Source of the DNA: a virus
Lineage: Duplodnaviria; Heunggongvirae; Uroviricota; Caudoviricetes
Strand: one strand, 5' to 3'
Virus record (IMG/VR): IMGVR_UViG_3300028591_000080
Location: 95,745 to 159,744 of that record
Length of the DNA: 64,000 nt
The stretch's first letter is position 1. Each line of letters opens with the position of its first letter. The position numbers and the translations under genes were made by a program. This document shows positions 23,915 to 34,039 of this stretch, piece by piece. Below the pieces are notes generated by a model. The model saw only the letters and a list, made by a program, of their open reading frames with translations. It was not told where the DNA came from and searched no databases.

Positions 23915-25153
23915 TTAATTATTGTTAGTAATGTCTTCAACTTTTTCCCAGTATAAAGTCACTCTGCCTTGGTCTACTCTAGCTCTTAATGCATAGATAC
24001 CATTTGTACTTAGAGATGTTGGTTCGTTGTATTGAGGTCCAGATACGTTGAAAATATCACTAACCTCATTTCTAATGATTTGTGCATAATTGAAAGCACC
24101 TTCAGCAACTCGATAAGCACCTTCTATACCTGAAACTTGGTATCCATCTGAATCAGTACCGCTTGCTTTATCATACCAATAGTCTCCAGATACATCATCA
24201 CCAAATAGTACTCTAGCTAGTTGTACGGCATAAGAATAAGATGTTTCAGCTACAGAGTATGCACCGCTTACACCATAATAGAATCCATCAAGTGATGGGT
24301 AGTCACCATTGTCACTGTTCCAACCATAAATTGTTGCTTGGTATGCTTCATTTGCAAGAGACATAGCACCTTCAACACCAATATATTCATTATATCCACT
24401 ACCATTATAAATACTTGTAGTATAGCGTGCAAGACTATAAGCCTCATAAGCTAAGCTGTCTAATGCTTGTACTGCACTATATAAATCATTTGCACCATAG
24501 AAAGTCGTTGAATCACTATAACAATCATCATAACTGTTATAAGTATGAATTGTAGCATATTTATATGAACTATCAAATGCAGACATTAAGTCATCTACGT
24601 TATCAAGTTTTGATCTAATAATACCATTGTAAATGTTAGTTGCAAGACTATATGCTCCACTAAGACCATCGTAATAAGTTTGAGTAAATCTATCATAATA
24701 CTGATAGTGATACATTTCACTACCCATACTATATGCTTGTTTTGCATATGAGTATGCTTCACCAGCTACAGAGTAAGCACCTTCAAGTCCAACATAATTT
24801 TGACCTAAACCATAATCCTGTCCATTCCAAGTATAGCTTACAACACTATTATTAATTTCATCTGCATAATTATAAACTTCGTCAGCTCTATTATAAGCTT
24901 CGTCAGCTCTATTATAAGAATCATCTGCTTTACTATAAGATTCACTAGCTAGATTATAAGCTTCTTGTGCTAATGTTAAAACTCCAATTGGTTCTCCACC
25001 TTCACCTGGAACATATGATCCATCAATTAACTCGTTAAGAGTTTGTTGTACTGTTGATTCTTTTCCATTTCTTGTGTATGTAACTTGATTTGATGTTGTT
25101 TTTGGATAAACAATTTCACCAGTTAAATTTTTTAGTGTACCATTCTTTGCCAT
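23915..25153 (-). CDS. Tyr/Ala/Gly-rich repeat protein, probably virion-associated
   Basis: Probable start MAKNG; YPKT motif; heptad AYNRADE repeats and about six G.EGAYS.A..AY repeats. Confidence 0.65.
   Translation of the reverse strand: MAKNGTLKNLTGEIVYPKTTSNQVTYTRNGKESTVQQTLNELIDGSYVPGEGGEPIGVLTLAQEAYNLASESYSKADDSYNRADEAYNRADEVYNYADEINNSVVSYTWNGQDYGLGQNYVGLEGAYSVAGEAYSYAKQAYSMGSEMYHYQYYDRFTQTYYDGLSGAYSLATNIYNGIIRSKLDNVDDLMSAFDSSYKYATIHTYNSYDDCYSDSTTFYGANDLYSAVQALDSLAYEAYSLARYTTSIYNGSGYNEYIGVEGAMSLANEAYQATIYGWNSDNGDYPSLDGFYYGVSGAYSVAETSYSYAVQLARVLFGDDVSGDYWYDKASGTDSDGYQVSGIEGAYRVAEGAFNYAQIIRNEVSDIFNVSGPQYNEPTSLSTNGIYALRARVDQGRVTLYWEKVEDITNNN
24879..24918. repeat. 21 bp tandem repeat encoding AYNRADE heptads
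   Basis: TTCGTCAGCTCTATTATAAG repeated at a 21 bp period. Confidence 0.7.
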
Positions 25154-25154
25154 G

Positions 25155-26231
25155 TTATTTATTCTCCTCTTCACGGTCATATTCTATAATATAATTTTCA
25201 ATAAATGATTCTTCAATATTAGCACTAATTTCATTTGTTTTGCCATCTTCATCAACTAAAATAAGTTGTTCTTGATTTCCAGCCTCATCCTCAGTAATAA
25301 CTGCTTCTTGAGTATTTTCTTCTATTGAGATTCCAACTGTTTCTTTATTTCCACTAGAATCTTCTACATAAACATTCCAATTTGGATCTGAATTATGTAA
25401 TGAATATAGATAATTTAAATGATTCTTTAATACATTTATTGTTTCTTTTAAATTATTTATTTCTTGATTTTGTGTTTCATCTTCAGAACTAGGTCCTGAA
25501 CCTTTTTCCTCAGCAAGTTCTCTAGTTGTTTTTCGAACTTCTTCTGTTGGGTAAGATCCGTCTGCCAAATCATCTAATCCTAGATCATTACTAATTATTT
25601 TTAATAAATCATCATGTGTTTGTATCTTTTGATAAGTTGGAACTTGTACCTCTTCTGTAGGATATTCTTTTTCTATTTCTGAATTAAGTCCTAAATCTGA
25701 AGCTAATAGACTAACAATATCATCTAAATTTTGTGATTTTGTTTCTAATTGAGCTAATTTATTTCCATAAAGCTCGATATAATTTTCTACTTCTGCTAAT
25801 CTCTGTTCGATATCTTCAAAAAGTTCTTTAGGAATTTCTGTTGAACCAATTTGCTCTGGTGCATCATTTACTACTATATATTCATAAAATGCATTAGCAC
25901 TAGTTGAAGTTTGTTCAACCTCAGATTCAGATACTTGTTGAGGATTGTAATTTGGGTCGTCAATAATTCGTTTATCTATTAGATATATTATATTTTGTTC
26001 TGTAACATCACTTAATGATTGAACGATCTCAAAATGAAGATTTGAAAAACTTTCGAATCGTTCGTCCACTTCCTGTGCAAATTCATCTATCTTTTGTAGT
26101 GAAGATAATGGATCTAGTGAACTACCAGCGTTTTCACCGGCTAAATTGATTATAAAATCTACAAATCTTTCTAAATTAAGATGTTCTTTATCGATTAATG
26201 TTAAGCCTAATCTTGTTGTTGTGCTTGACAC
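25155..26231 (-). CDS. Acidic coiled-coil structural protein
   Basis: GTG start with SD; T.RLGL.LI..QKID N-terminus typical of tail-fibre-associated proteins; internal duplication (DLGL..YPTEEV twice). Confidence 0.6.
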   Translation of the reverse strand: MSSTTTRLGLTLIDKEHLNLERFVDFIINLAGENAGSSLDPLSSLQKIDEFAQEVDERFESFSNLHFEIVQSLSDVTEQNIIYLIDKRIIDDPNYNPQQVSESEVEQTSTSANAFYEYIVVNDAPEQIGSTEIPKELFEDIEQRLAEVENYIELYGNKLAQLETKSQNLDDIVSLLASDLGLNSEIEKEYPTEEVQVPTYQKIQTHDDLLKIISNDLGLDDLADGSYPTEEVRKTTRELAEEKGSGPSSEDETQNQEINNLKETINVLKNHLNYLYSLHNSDPNWNVYVEDSSGNKETVGISIEENTQEAVITEDEAGNQEQLILVDEDGKTNEISANIEESFIENYIIEYDREEENK

Positions 26232-26321
26232 GATAAAAAACCTCCTATTAATAAATTTTAATACAAGTAATTTAGCAATTAAAAAGTAATTAAAAACTAA
26301 AATAAAAAGAAAAAGGATTAA

Positions 26322-27110
26322 TTAGTCCTTTTTCTCTACTAGTTTTTCTTTTTTGTTTTTAGTTTTTTCTTTTTTAGGTTCTTCTTCTTGCTTAGGTTCT
26401 TCAACCTTTTGTTCTTCTTCAACTTTAGGTTCTTGATTGATACCTAATGCCCATTTAGCTAATGCTTCGTTTGGATTCTTAGATTTCTTTACTTCATCCG
26501 GAATCTCATATCCTAAAGCAGTCATCTTATTAATAACATCTTTTTTATCTGAAATCGTTTCAACAAATTCTATCTCATGGTCAACATATAGAGTTTTTTC
26601 TGCTGCTACATCAATAGCATTTGTAATAATTCTATATGGATTCTTTTCATTATACATATGTGATGTTTCAATAACACCTAATGCCACATCTTGACCTGAA
26701 CCTATAGCATCATAATCTTCAATCTCAGTTACAGTTAAATCTTGACTGATCTTCCAACATTTATCTTTATATGCAATAAAGAATTCATTTGGTAAACTAA
26801 ATGGTTGTGTTGGATCATCTACAATAATACCATGTGCTTTTAATGTTTCATAAAGAGTTCTAGGAAGTTGTAAATGGATGAATGCATCATCTAAATTTTC
26901 TTTTCCAAATCCTGCACCATCTAATAGTCCTTTTATATATTGAATTATTTGAGAAGCTCTTGCATAGCCTACAGAACCAATACAACAACCTTCATATTCT
27001 GAATACCATACTTTTGTTGCAGAATGGTCTTTATTATTCCATTGTGATACTTGCTTATCAGCTCCTAGAATAAATCTGTTTTTATCTTTAATAGCAATTA
27101 CTAGTGACAA
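26322..27110 (-). CDS. Ntn-hydrolase peptidase, proteasome-beta/HslV-like
   Basis: MSLVIAI..ILGAD.QVS N-terminus (Ser nucleophile position) and AIGSG motif. Confidence 0.7.
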   Translation of the reverse strand: MSLVIAIKDKNRFILGADKQVSQWNNKDHSATKVWYSEYEGCCIGSVGYARASQIIQYIKGLLDGAGFGKENLDDAFIHLQLPRTLYETLKAHGIIVDDPTQPFSLPNEFFIAYKDKCWKISQDLTVTEIEDYDAIGSGQDVALGVIETSHMYNEKNPYRIITNAIDVAAEKTLYVDHEIEFVETISDKKDVINKMTALGYEIPDEVKKSKNPNEALAKWALGINQEPKVEEEQKVEEPKQEEEPKKEKTKNKKEKLVEKKD

Positions 27111-27180
27111 AATATCATCTCCTTAAAACTAAAAATACTATATAATATAATATACAATAAAAGCACCAAAATGTTTGGTG

Positions 27181-27528
27181 CTAAAAATTAACTACAATAA
27201 CTCTTAAATTCTTATCTTTTGCGATATTAATCATATGTCCTGTGCCTTTAGATTTTCCATTCCAAAATGCAATTAAAGCGTCAGCATAATCTGCCATTTC
27301 AACATTACGTCTATACCCTGCAGACTTACCATATAGATCCCAATTAGCTGGAAATTTTTTAACTTGAATATTATATTCTTTTGCGAATTGTTCACCTAAA
27401 GTGTCTGCACCTCTAGCTGTTCCAGAAACTATTTCTTCTACTTCACATCTTTGAAAATTTTCTTGAATACTTTTCTTTAACAAATCATAATCATTAAATT
27501 CTCTAGAGCCTGCTACAATTAACTTCAT
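27181..27528 (-). CDS. SLOG/YspA-like protein (DUF2493-type)
   Basis: IVAGSR, VSGTARGAD, AGYRRN..M, FWNGKSKGT motifs. Confidence 0.85.
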   Translation of the reverse strand: MKLIVAGSREFNDYDLLKKSIQENFQRCEVEEIVSGTARGADTLGEQFAKEYNIQVKKFPANWDLYGKSAGYRRNVEMADYADALIAFWNGKSKGTGHMINIAKDKNLRVIVVNF

Positions 27529-28001
27529 TATTGACTAGCTTCTTTCATAATATCTTTATAATATTGTCTAACACTCATTAAAACTTGTCCTAATAAATTT
27601 TGACCACTTCCATCCCTACCAATTCCCCAAACATAGTCAAATGGTGAATCTTCTACTATCTTAGTATCACCTGTACTCATTAATATTTTTCTTAGTTCAG
27701 GGTTTTGTCTATACTTTTCATGATTAATTGAAAGCATATTTTTATAGCGTACTTCAGCCCAAAGTTCTTCATCAAAGCCTTTAACTTGTCTTCCTAATTT
27801 CTTAATCTTTTTAGGATCAGTTTCTAACATTATTTGATTAGCTGTTTCATCATCATGAAAGCATCTAGCTTTTGACCACATGAAAGCTTGTTCAGAACAA
27901 TTAAATTTTCTACCTTCCCAAGTAAATTCACATGGATAGAAATTACTAAAACAGCCATATTTTTCTCTTTCTTGTCAAAATCCAATTACTTTTTCTTCCA
28001 T
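27528..28001 (-). CDS. NADAR family protein (157 aa); code 4
   Basis: Start MEEKVIGF-W(TGA 27975)..CFSNFYP..SEQAFMWSKA; EDSPFD..WGIG, GQNLLG motifs. Confidence 0.9.
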
Positions 28002-28004
28002 AAA

Positions 28005-28238
28005 TTACTCCTTAATTACATAAATACTTTTACTAGGACTTGTGATATATACAGTATTTTCAGATCCATACTTAGAATAGTATGATATAATTAGTGGTTT
28101 ACCAATTTTAGTTTCATCTTCTTTTAATACAGTTCCAATAAAAAGCTGAACACCTTGTGATTTATTATGTGTAAAAACCACTTTATCACCAACATGGATT
28201 TCTTTTCCTTCAATATCTTTTTTCATATTAATTACCAT
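28005..28238 (-). CDS. Hypothetical protein
   Basis: KDIEGKEIHVGDKV motif common in small phage proteins. Confidence 0.6.
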   Translation of the reverse strand: MVINMKKDIEGKEIHVGDKVVFTHNKSQGVQLFIGTVLKEDETKIGKPLIISYYSKYGSENTVYITSPSKSIYVIKE

Positions 28239-29136
28239 TTATCTTTCTAATATCATCAAACATTGGCTTGATGTCCTCTAATAATGGTTTTCTCTCTTCT
28301 TCTGGAGTCGTTGAAGAAGTTGAATAAGTATTCTTAACTAAATCAATAAACATAGTCATTTGTCCATCTTCGCCCATATATGATTGATTCCATTCTTCAT
28401 CTGTTAATAATCTCTTAGGTTCTAATTGTTTTAAAGCTAGATTATCAAAAGATACTACTGCAAAATGCTTTGTAAGTTCTTCTAAAGAGTCATATAATTC
28501 CTTTTTATTATTATCAATTTCCTCTTTATACATCCAATAATCATAAGCATCTTTACCACGTCTAAATTCTTTATAACCTAAAATTAATAATTTTAAATTC
28601 TTATTATATAATTTCTTTAATGTTTCAACTGAGTGAACGCCATTAATTACATGAATAACTGCATTTTGAATAGTTTGAACATTTTCTATAAAACCTTCTT
28701 GATCTGGATTTGTTAAAGATACACCTAGACCATAAATAAGTTTATTTTGAATCAATTTCATAATTCTATCATAATCTCTCATAAAATGCATTTGATTAAC
28801 TGTCATATTAGGAATTAATCTTAAAGATTTGCATTTTTCTAAGAATGCTTCTAAGTCTGGATGTTCAAGTGGATTTCCACCACCAATAGCTAATTCAGTA
28901 TAAGGAAGTAAAGTTTCAATAAACTTTGCATTCATTATATCTCCATGTTCACCATTTGATACTGAATTTTCATGACAGAATTTACAACCTCTATCACATT
29001 TATTAGTAATCTTAATATCCATAGAATCTGGATACTCTGGAATTAGTTTATCCTCTTTATTATATTTAATTAAAGTTCCATCATCAAATAGCACCTTCCA
29101 ATAGTTACCATTTTTTACTTTTCCAATTGGTTTCAT
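28228..29136 (-). CDS. Radical SAM protein
   Basis: DIKITNKCDRGCKFCHE CxxxCxxC motif, AIGGGNP; no SPASM Cys cluster. Confidence 0.9.
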   Translation of the reverse strand: MKPIGKVKNGNYWKVLFDDGTLIKYNKEDKLIPEYPDSMDIKITNKCDRGCKFCHENSVSNGEHGDIMNAKFIETLLPYTELAIGGGNPLEHPDLEAFLEKCKSLRLIPNMTVNQMHFMRDYDRIMKLIQNKLIYGLGVSLTNPDQEGFIENVQTIQNAVIHVINGVHSVETLKKLYNKNLKLLILGYKEFRRGKDAYDYWMYKEEIDNNKKELYDSLEELTKHFAVVSFDNLALKQLEPKRLLTDEEWNQSYMGEDGQMTMFIDLVKNTYSTSSTTPEEERKPLLEDIKPMFDDIRKINGN

Positions 29137-29169
29137 CTATTTCACCTCTTTATAATATAAAATACAATA

Positions 29170-29195
29170 AAAAAGAGGCTATTTAGCCTCAATTT
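29170..29195 (-). terminator. Intrinsic terminator between the FETNSSS-1 gene and the radical SAM gene
   Basis: GAGGCTA-tt-TAGCCTC with an A-run on the + side. Confidence 0.7.
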
Positions 29196-29644
29196 TAATA
29201 TTCTTCTCCATAATTACCAAAAGCAATTATTTTTTCTCCGGATTTGGTTTCGTATTCTTGCGAAAAGCTTTCTAAATATTCGTTATCTAAAAATTGATCT
29301 AAAGTACAAACTTCATTTCGATCAAATGGTCTATGTTTAGCGTCCTCATCTTCATCTTCGTCTTCTTCATAATAGTCATTAGGATCAAGCTGAATCATCT
29401 CGACTAAATCTTCAAGACTTTCAGGATCTTTTCCTAATGCATTACAATACTTATCCCATTTTTCTTTATTCCAATCACTATTATTAATTAAAGCATCAAA
29501 TAAGTTTTCCTTTAAGACTACTTTCTCATCAACTAAGAATGCTTCTTCGTCTTCTAATAACTTATATTCACTAGCTTCACACATAATTAATGAATGAGTA
29601 CTTGAACTATTAGTTTCAAAAGTATTTTTTCTAACTTGTAACAT
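29195..29644 (-). CDS. FETNSSS-motif protein 1
   Basis: MLQVRKNTFETNSSSTHSL. Confidence 0.85.
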   Translation of the reverse strand: MLQVRKNTFETNSSSTHSLIMCEASEYKLLEDEEAFLVDEKVVLKENLFDALINNSDWNKEKWDKYCNALGKDPESLEDLVEMIQLDPNDYYEEDEDEDEDAKHRPFDRNEVCTLDQFLDNEYLESFSQEYETKSGEKIIAFGNYGEEY

Positions 29645-30150
29645 TATTTTTTCTCCTTAATGACTTTCTTATATTTGTCTAAAACATCTTCAACAAATTT
29701 TTTTGTTTCTTTATGTAAAATCATAGTCTTTTTATGATTATCATACCAGCTTAATACTTCGTCTAACTTATCAACCTTAAACGAAAAACTCATCCAATCA
29801 CAAAGCATTTCTACTGCTGTTTCTCTCGGCATTTCTAAAGCTTTATCACCATTATCGTCTTGAACTAAAACCCAATGTTGCCAATGATGTGGATTTGCAT
29901 GTTGGTGATGTAGCCAAGCTAAATCAAAGTCATCTTTAACCTTTTGTGTCTTTTCACTATAAAAATACTTATCATAAGCATCATATTCTGCATCAGTCCA
30001 TTTAGACATATCATGCTGAGCTATTTGTTTTTCTGCTGCAGATAAATTACAATCTTTGCTTGTAATAATCTTATTATCTTTTAAGAACTTAAAAGCTTTC
30101 TTAACATTTTCGACATGTTCAATAATATAATCATTATATTGTTTACTCAT
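29644..30150 (-). CDS. HD-domain-like protein (DUF5662-type)
   Basis: HVENV, HDMSK, AWLHH..NPHHWQHW, EMLCDW motifs. Confidence 0.8.
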   Translation of the reverse strand: MSKQYNDYIIEHVENVKKAFKFLKDNKIITSKDCNLSAAEKQIAQHDMSKWTDAEYDAYDKYFYSEKTQKVKDDFDLAWLHHQHANPHHWQHWVLVQDDNGDKALEMPRETAVEMLCDWMSFSFKVDKLDEVLSWYDNHKKTMILHKETKKFVEDVLDKYKKVIKEKK

Positions 30151-30794
30151 TATTCTTCAAAATCCTTTTCTGTGATATTATATTTTGAGCAAGTATGGTC
30201 ACTACCAACATATACTTGCACTCCAGTATTTAGTCCTGGTTTTAATGTTGGATTAAATGCATCATAATAATCTGAATTATCATTATCAATAACTATCAAA
30301 CATCCTTTATTAAATATAACCTTAATTAAATCTTCATCATCTAATAAATCTTGACTATCATGATCAATACTTCCGAATGGATCTCCATACTCATCTACAT
30401 TCAACTCAAATCTAATTTCTTTAATTTCTGGACATAAATCTTGAATTTTTTCTAATAAGGCTCTAGCTTCATCATTTTCATAAATAGCACCATTAGCAAT
30501 CATTATTTTAGCTTCATCATAAGTAGTATCATGTTCGTCTCCCCAATTTAAATGACGACATAACGTAGTCATGACATAATCTAACTTATCATTAGAACTT
30601 GCTAATATATCATCAGTACCAAATCCATAAAAAGATTCAGGACCTGACCAACCATAATCTCTAAAATGAATAGTTAAAATACCATTATCAGTTTCTAATT
30701 TATATTCAATTCTATTTGGGTTAGCTTGAGAATAAACTAAAGCATGTGATGAACTTGAATTAGTTTCAAATATACTATTCCTAACTTTTAGCAT
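30150..30794 (-). CDS. FETNSSS-motif protein 2
   Basis: Probable start MLKVRNSIFETNSSSSHAL. Confidence 0.85.
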   Translation of the reverse strand: MLKVRNSIFETNSSSSHALVYSQANPNRIEYKLETDNGILTIHFRDYGWSGPESFYGFGTDDILASSNDKLDYVMTTLCRHLNWGDEHDTTYDEAKIMIANGAIYENDEARALLEKIQDLCPEIKEIRFELNVDEYGDPFGSIDHDSQDLLDDEDLIKVIFNKGCLIVIDNDNSDYYDAFNPTLKPGLNTGVQVYVGSDHTCSKYNITEKDFEE

Positions 30795-30795
30795 A

Positions 30796-31092
30796 TTATT
30801 CTCCTTCTTTTTCATTTAATTTATTCTCTAACTCTTCAATTTCTTTTTGTTGTATGTCAGCAATCTTTTCATTATCATTTTGAATATCTGTATACGCATT
30901 TGATGTGCCAAAGATAAGTCCACACAATGCACCTGTACTTACATAATTTAATGTAGTATCATTCACAACGCCACACTTATTTAGAATTAAGAATGTTATC
31001 AGTGTAATTAAAATAATTATACAAAGAATTACAAACATAATTTTGGTAACTTTAATATCATCTTTAATTTCTTTGATTTCATTTTTATACAT
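30796..31092 (-). CDS. Two-TM membrane protein
   Basis: Two hydrophobic stretches and a coiled-coil tail. Confidence 0.6.
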   Translation of the reverse strand: MYKNEIKEIKDDIKVTKIMFVILCIIILITLITFLILNKCGVVNDTTLNYVSTGALCGLIFGTSNAYTDIQNDNEKIADIQQKEIEELENKLNEKEGE

Positions 31093-32107
31093 TTATATCA
31101 CCATCCTGTGCTGTAACTACATTTTCAATTTTTTGAATTTTACCATTCTTTGTTTCAAATTGTTTTCCACATTCTAAACAACGATAATGTATTATTGTCC
31201 AATTAGGATTTGGAGTATCTTGTAAAATTCCATCTTTATAAATTCTTGGAACATAAGCTAATGATTGCATTGTTACACCTTCTTCATAATGTCTAGCACC
31301 ACAATATGGACAAACTAAATCTGGATGTAATCCTTCAGCTTTATGAAAATTATAACGTGGTAAATCAAATGGAGTTCTTGAAATTCCATCACAAGCATCT
31401 TTTAAGATCTTATTTAAATCTTCATTTGTTTGAATTGGAGTAGATGTTTGAATAGACTCATCTTTAGTTTCTTCAGAAGATTGATCCCAGCTTAAGACTG
31501 CTAGTACAGTTTCTGCATATTCTTTATTAAGCGAAACTGCAAATCCTTTTGGATTATAAAATTCTAATAATCTCATAAAAACAGCATCTTTAAAATCTTT
31601 TCCAAATTCTTCCCAAAGACGTCTCTCATTAATATATCGACTAATTTTTATATTAATTTGTGAAGTATAAGAATATTTACCATCTAAAGCTGCAGTTCTA
31701 ATATTTCTAGCTACATCTTCTTTTATATCATTTACACACTCATCAACTGCCTGATTATATTTAGAATATTTTTCATTTTCAGCTTGTTTAGCAATTTCAA
31801 TTAGTTCATCTGCTGTTATTTCAACATCATTAAGAGAATCGTCTATATCTGGTTTCTCGAAATCCCACTTTTCTCCAAAATCATCTAATGTAAATTCATC
31901 AGAAGTATATAATTTACCATCAATAGTTTTATAATTTACTCTTAGCTTGTCATCTACAAATTCACAATCATATCCCATTCTAGGATGTATTGTGAGTACG
32001 ATAATGTGATTTAAATTGTTTCTGATCTTTTTTCTTAATTCTATTTTATTCATTTTTATCTCCAAATTCATTAAATAACTCATTAAAAGTTTTACATAAA
32101 AGTTCAA
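31085..32107 (-). CDS. Hypothetical protein with C-terminal zinc ribbon
   Basis: CPYCG..CLECG motif; start uncertain. Confidence 0.6.
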   Translation of the reverse strand: MNFYVKLLMSYLMNLEIKMNKIELRKKIRNNLNHIIVLTIHPRMGYDCEFVDDKLRVNYKTIDGKLYTSDEFTLDDFGEKWDFEKPDIDDSLNDVEITADELIEIAKQAENEKYSKYNQAVDECVNDIKEDVARNIRTAALDGKYSYTSQINIKISRYINERRLWEEFGKDFKDAVFMRLLEFYNPKGFAVSLNKEYAETVLAVLSWDQSSEETKDESIQTSTPIQTNEDLNKILKDACDGISRTPFDLPRYNFHKAEGLHPDLVCPYCGARHYEEGVTMQSLAYVPRIYKDGILQDTPNPNWTIIHYRCLECGKQFETKNGKIQKIENVVTAQDGDINV

Positions 32108-32480
32108 AACACATTGGTGCTTTTTCTGGCATTTTTGCCTTTCCAGTACCTAAGAGAATTTGTCCATCTTTCATTGGAACATAGACATTTTTTCCAGCCT
32201 TTAACTTATTTCTTAAGCTAAAAAGTATGTTATGTAGATAAAATCTATACTGTCCAAGATTTCTATCATTTAAAAAACTTTCTTGTGATAGTTTCCTATC
32301 TATCTTAGTTATTATGCCAAAAGCATTTGGTAAACCTCTAATCACTGCCTGTGTAACAGAAGGAACATATCCTGTTTCAGCATCAGCTAAGTTATCTCCA
32401 AAAACATAAATATTCTCTGGATCTGCTTCAACCTCTGCTCTTGTTCATATTCCTTCATAAGGTAAAATTTTTCCAGCCAT
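32046..32480 (-). CDS. Conserved phage protein, IYVFGDN type (144 aa); code 4
   Basis: Start MAGK with SD; GI-W(TGA 32445)-TR; IYVFGDN..QAVIRGLPNAFGI.TK and GTG.AK motifs. Confidence 0.75.
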
Positions 32481-32488
32481 AATTTCTC

Positions 32489-32860
32489 CTAACCAAAGTA
32501 GTAAGTTAAGGAAGCCTCTTGCTTATCAGAATTATAATCATATTCCTCTAACTCATCAATAGAGTAGAATGTTTCTTCAAAATATAACAACTCATTAATT
32601 CCATGATATACATCTTTTCTAGCTTCATCGTCAATATCTAAGTCGGCAAATTTAGTTCTATTTACAGAATTATAAATTCTTCTAATATGAAGTTTAATAT
32701 CTTTTAAAGTACAAAACTCAGGTAAACCATTACTCTCATGCAAAGTATTATAAAATAGTTTACCTCTTGCAAAATCTAACCAAGTTTCTTCATTACAAAC
32801 AACTAATGAATGAGAACTTGAACTATTAGTCTCAAACGTTCCTTTACGAATGTTTATCAT
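32489..32860 (-). CDS. FETNSSS-motif protein 3
   Basis: Probable start MINIRKGTFETNSSSSHSL. Confidence 0.85.
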   Translation of the reverse strand: MINIRKGTFETNSSSSHSLVVCNEETWLDFARGKLFYNTLHESNGLPEFCTLKDIKLHIRRIYNSVNRTKFADLDIDDEARKDVYHGINELLYFEETFYSIDELEEYDYNSDKQEASLTYYFG

Positions 32861-32861
32861 A

Positions 32862-33065
32862 CTAATCACCAACTTTTTCTACATATTGCACTGCAGCAAT
32901 AACATTACCACTAATAGAATAGCTACTATCATTACCTACTCCGTCAGGACGTGGAATATATACAATGTTATGCAATCTAGGATAATTATCGTCTAAAGAT
33001 AGATTTTCTAAAAATTTATTCAATTCTGCTTCACTCTCACAATATTTAACTCGCATTTTAAGCAT
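32862..33065 (-). CDS. Hypothetical protein
   Basis: 67 aa; TAATG coupling. Confidence 0.55.
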   Translation of the reverse strand: MLKMRVKYCESEAELNKFLENLSLDDNYPRLHNIVYIPRPDGVGNDSSYSISGNVIAAVQYVEKVGD

Positions 33066-34039
33066 TAATTATCACTCTCCTCATCATGATTATCAATTCT
33101 AATTGTATCAAATACTGATAAATCTAAATCTTTTAAATCATTCATAGTAATCTTATCTTCTCTTGAATATGTGTAAGCACAGAATACAGATTTAATATTT
33201 GGACATAATGTTCTAGCATAATCAATTAGTTCTTTGATTAATTTAGTGTCATTATTAAATTCTGCCACTGTATCTCTATCTTTATCAGATCTAGCTTCAT
33301 CGTCAGAAAATTCAAAACTAAATGTTATGGATCTAGTTAATGGATGCATAGATTCTTTAATATGAGTCTCAAGCTCTTCTTTGGAACTATTATAAAGAGA
33401 ATATTCACTAACATGAATGTCTGAATCATTCCAATAATCAGCTCCAGAAGAAATATCTTCTAAATCCTCTGCATTAATAATTCCAGCGTCAAATAATGAT
33501 TTAAATAGTTGACTTTCATCACCATCTACAATAATTGTATATTTAGGATTTAATATTAAATCTTCCATTGAGATATTGTGTGCTTCAACATAATGCATTG
33601 GATCTTCGCCAGAATCATTTGAATAAACAGCACCATAAGTAATATGCTTTTTAAATCCTTTATAATGATAGAATTCACGCTCATCCTTACAAAGAATAAT
33701 CTTTTTTCTATTGGTAATTCCAGTTTGTTTCATAATAAAATCTTGGATTCTCTTTATATCAGCTTTTTTAGGTTTTCTATAAGTACCTAAAGTATAAGCA
33801 GCATAATATCTTAATTTATCTAATGGAGTTCGTAATACTTGGAATGGACTTCTCTCATATGTCATATCACTAGGTTCTATCCAATGCCATAGATCAAAAT
33901 CTTTATTTCTTTCTTTTTCCCAAGTGCTATATCCTAAAGCTAATTCATCTTCTGTATAAGGTTTAATAATCTTAGATACAACTAAACTATGCATTGATGA
34001 TGAATTTGTTTCAAAACAATTTCTTCTAATATTAATCAT
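33065..34039 (-). CDS. FETNSSS-motif protein 4
   Basis: Probable start MINIRRNCFETNSSSMHSL. Confidence 0.85.
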   Translation of the reverse strand: MINIRRNCFETNSSSMHSLVVSKIIKPYTEDELALGYSTWEKERNKDFDLWHWIEPSDMTYERSPFQVLRTPLDKLRYYAAYTLGTYRKPKKADIKRIQDFIMKQTGITNRKKIILCKDEREFYHYKGFKKHITYGAVYSNDSGEDPMHYVEAHNISMEDLILNPKYTIIVDGDESQLFKSLFDAGIINAEDLEDISSGADYWNDSDIHVSEYSLYNSSKEELETHIKESMHPLTRSITFSFEFSDDEARSDKDRDTVAEFNNDTKLIKELIDYARTLCPNIKSVFCAYTYSREDKITMNDLKDLDLSVFDTIRIDNHDEESDN

